Shown here one piece after another: positions 60,875 to 64,000 of a stretch of 64,000 bases of DNA. The first letter of the stretch is position 1, and every line of letters starts with the position of its first letter. Below the pieces are notes generated by a model that saw nothing but the letters and a program-made list of their open reading frames with translations, was not told the origin of the DNA and made no database searches. The DNA lies in assembly GCA_964016885.1 (NCBI GenBank), contig OZ024743.1, positions 178,994,001-179,058,000 on the forward strand, given 5' to 3'. Origin of the DNA: Eledone cirrhosa (lineage: Eukaryota). The position numbers were made by a program, and so were the translations under genes.

Positions 60875-61112
60875 AACCACAAGGGTTTACATAAAGTAGA
60901 CATTAAGGACAATACAGGACAATACAGGACGGTACAAATGGGCATTTCTGCGTGTAAAAAACAAAAACAGAGGATGTAACAAAAAATAACAAAGAAAAAT
61001 TCCCCAATAGGGGGGAGACTTCGGAGGGACATTTGTGGAGAAAGCCCATTAAAAGACCACAGTGGCCCTGACCACCAGGGCAAGTGCCCTCTCCCAGTTT
61101 TCCACCTTTAAT

Positions 61113-64000
61113 TTACAGACACATACTCAGAGAAGGCCCATTCATTCGGGCCATACTTGCTTCTCTCACCCATCTTTCAACAAAATGCTGGGAAGAGAGC
61201 ACTTCCCTCTCTACCCTGATTTTCCTTTTCAAATGAAATTTGAAAAAGTTAATCAGGGCATCACCGAAGTGGTAAGTGCTCGTCTTCAGCCCTTTCAAAC
61301 GTGTCCACCATACTATCTCTTTCGCCATGGCCACCAGACAGATAAAAACTGCCTGCCCTTCCAGGCTAAAGGAAGGGGGCGGGGCAATCCTCACGATGGA
61401 CTCAGCTGATAGCTGGATCCGTCCTACACGTGACAGCAGGTGTTCGACATAAACCCACAAGTCAGCAATGCTCGGACACTGGACGAGTGCGTGCAGGACG
61501 GTTTCGTCGCCCTGCGCGCATCTCGGAGATGCCCGATGACGGCACCTCCATGCCTGTAGAGTTTATCCCGAACTGGCAAAGCTCCTCGGTAGCACTGCCA
61601 GGCCAGGGATTTCTGGAAGTTGTCCATAGGCCCTGGCCCGAAAGTGCTTCCGAAGAGATTGGCTAGTTGATTTTCGTCGACACCTAGAGTTTCTCCAAGT
61701 ACGTCGTCACTCTTCCCCTCCACTAATCCTCTATAGAACGCCAAGGTGGAGTTTCCACCGATCACATTGACCGATTGGTCGAGGGCTGTGAGCACCTGAA
61801 GACATTCCAGTCTCCAAGCGCTCCCTCTCGGTCTTCGCTTGACCCAGGACTGCAGCTCCGTCAAGGAGACGAGCTGGGGAAAAACGTGTCTAGCAAAAGG
61901 CGACCACACCTGATCACCGTCGAGGAAGAGGTGGAGATGTCGTAGCCTGAACGCGTGTCTGCGCATCATCAGCCACGGCATGCCCAGCCCTCCACGTAGC
62001 GGATGTTGACAGCAGATGGACCGCCTGACCATCGGAGCGCGTCCCTTCCACAAGAAGCGAAAGAGCAAACGCTCCAGCGCAGTCAGGCGGGGCTTAGGAC
62101 AAGGTACGACGGTCAGGCGGTAGTAGATGACGGATGCGATGTACGCATTCGCCACCTCCGCTCGACCTTTCAGGGATAGCTTCCTCTCGGCCCATTTCTG
62201 GGTGAGAGAAGCCACCCTGCTCGTCACCTCGTCCCAGTTTTTGTCCGTCTGGAGGTCTGGACCGAACCAGACCCCTAGCAATTTAACCGGTCCGTCCGTC
62301 CAGCGCCCGACAACGCTGTTGGACGGCATGGACCTGCCTCTCCAGGTGCCGAGCTGCAGGCCCACTCACTTTTCCTGGTTAATCATTGCTCCTGTCACCG
62401 CTTCGTATTCTCTTAGTGTAGTGCCGATCGCCTCGATGTGTTTGGCGTTCGACACCACTACGGTGACATCGTCGGCATATGCTGACACGGATCTTCCGCA
62501 TCCTAGTTCGCGCGGGACCCCCCTCAACGTCTCCAGTTTGTGCAGTAATGGCTCGAGAGTCAATACGTAAAATAGGGACGAGAGGAGACATCCTTGGCGG
62601 ACCGAGCGCATGATGTTGAACGGTTCCGAAAGGTGACCGTTCACTCTCACTACAGAGCAGGTGTCGTTGTGCATGGCAGCGATCCAGCCTCTGAAGACGG
62701 GCCCAAAGCCAGCCGCCCTCAGGACTGCCACTAGGTAACGATGGTCGACCCTATCGAAGGCTTTCGACTGATCTAAATTGATCAAAGACACACCCGTGCC
62801 AGGTTCCCTAGCTACCCTCTCTACGATGTATCGCATGAGGTGAGGTTGTCGTGGATGGATCTGTCGGGAATGGCGCATGTCTGTGCCTCTCCCACCAGAC
62901 CACCAACGACAAGCGCCAACCTCTTTGCTAGCACCTTGGCCAAAATCTTGAACTCTGTGTTTAGCAGAGTTATGGGCCTAAAATTATCTATGTTATCCCC
63001 CTTGTTCGGATCCTTTCTCAGCAGCGCCACCGCTCCTCGGCTCACAGAGCTGGGAATTCTCCCGTTCTGTTGCCAGTTGCAGTAGACGTCCGCCAAGAGG
63101 CCTCCGAACAAGTTTGGCATTTGTACGTAAAGTTCATAGGGCAGACCATCCAAACCAGGCGATTTACCCCTTGTGCAACTAGTCATTGCATCCCGTACTT
63201 CAGCGGTTGTTATCGGCTTTTCGCAACACTCCGTCTCAGTGGGCGAGAGCCGCGGCAGTCCGTCGAGGTAGACACTAAAGTCCATCCCTCGATCCGTCCC
63301 GCCGCTACCCCTGAACAGCTGAGCGAAGTGTCGCTGAAAAGCTTCACACATTTGCCCGGGATCGAGTAGCATGCGCCCGTCGTGGTCCACCAAAGACCGG
63401 ATCGTGGCTTTGTTGCCACGACGCGCCTCCGCCACTCGGGCCCATTGAACGGCTTTCGTCCCCTCGTGTCTGAGAGCACGCACCCTAGCTCTGACAACGC
63501 AGCCTTCGTGCTTTGCATTGAAGAATTGGTCAAGGGCCAATTTCGCCGCAAGTACGTCGGTCGCGATGCCTTTGCTAAGCGCCTCATCTAATTTTCTAAC
63601 TAATTCTCCCTCTGCTCTATTTTTCTCTATTGCTAAAGTCTTACTAAACCAAATGGACTCTATTCTAATTGCTCTTTTCAGAGCAAACCACCACTTGTTG
63701 TTGACGATGGCCCCCGTCAACGCCCGCTTAACTAGTTCGCTAATCCGGTCTCTGTAGGCCTTGCGCACTGGTAAGGACGCGTTTAGCTTCCAGTAGCCGG
63801 GTCCTCGTCTATGAAGCCTATCTAAGTCAAGCACACAGATCTCGAATTTGTGGTCCGTGTAGCTGACTATCTTGAATTGTGGACAGCCTATGCTAGACCT
63901 ATCTATTTCCCTACAAAATACTGGATGACCCTATGCGATTTGTCCAAGTCCACATTGGTACATTCGGGAAATCCATTCGGTACCTGTCAGACAGTTCAAA
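61113..64000 (-). pseudogene. Disrupted L1/Tx1 ORF2: C-terminal APE endonuclease, RT, degenerate zinc knuckle
   Basis: LSDRYR..P..MWTW, SYTDHK, GPGYWKLNAS, KSPGLDGLPYELY, FRPITLLNTEFKILAKVLAKRL, LDQSKAFDRVDH, VRQGCLLS, AYADDVTV, SPRCAQGDETVLHALVQC. Frameshifts near 63922, 62842 and 61535; in-frame TGA at 62366-62368. Confidence 0.92.

Larger units (their letters stand above)
60863..64000 (-). mobile_element. L1/Tx1-type non-LTR retrotransposon (APE-RT), 3' portion; continues past right edge
   Basis: ORF2 fragments, then ~250-bp T-rich 3' UTR ending AATAAA-GAAAA on the minus strand. Confidence 0.9.

Noticed and set aside
60906-60935. 10-bp tandem (aggacaatac x2 + aggacggtac) in the Tx1 3' UTR
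   Set aside because: Ordinary short slippage repeat; no evidence of function.
57364-63757. Short antisense/alternate-frame ORFs over both retroelements
   Set aside because: Shadows of the RT ORFs without recognisable motifs.

Overview
Eukaryotic (probably animal) repeat-rich DNA with no supportable host gene. (1) 1-56012 is one uninterrupted G/T-skewed tandem array of a 24-bp monomer (consensus GTTGTCAGTGGTGTGGTTGTTGGT, about 2,330 copies, open at the left edge). It has nested higher-order duplications of about 1.0-3.4 kb and ten frame-shifting indels. The huge ORFs in the track are readings of this monomer; the minus-strand (TTPTTTPL)n reading is mucin-like but is not supported as a gene. 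(2) 56013-57200 is an AT-rich/low-complexity spacer. Its (AAT)n tract is preceded by the 3'-terminal motif of the neighbouring retroelement. (3) About 57205/57305-60839 is a near-intact + strand R4/Dong-like non-LTR retrotransposon (RT, CCHC, restriction-like endonuclease; one in-frame TAG). It has an (AAT)n tail and exact 26-bp flanking direct repeats, the left copy embedded in a base-pairing-rich leader. (4) 60863-64000 is a decayed minus-strand L1/Tx1-type retrotransposon whose 3' end abuts the right 26-bp repeat. The best lead is the possible self-targeting/nested insertion at this structured leader.
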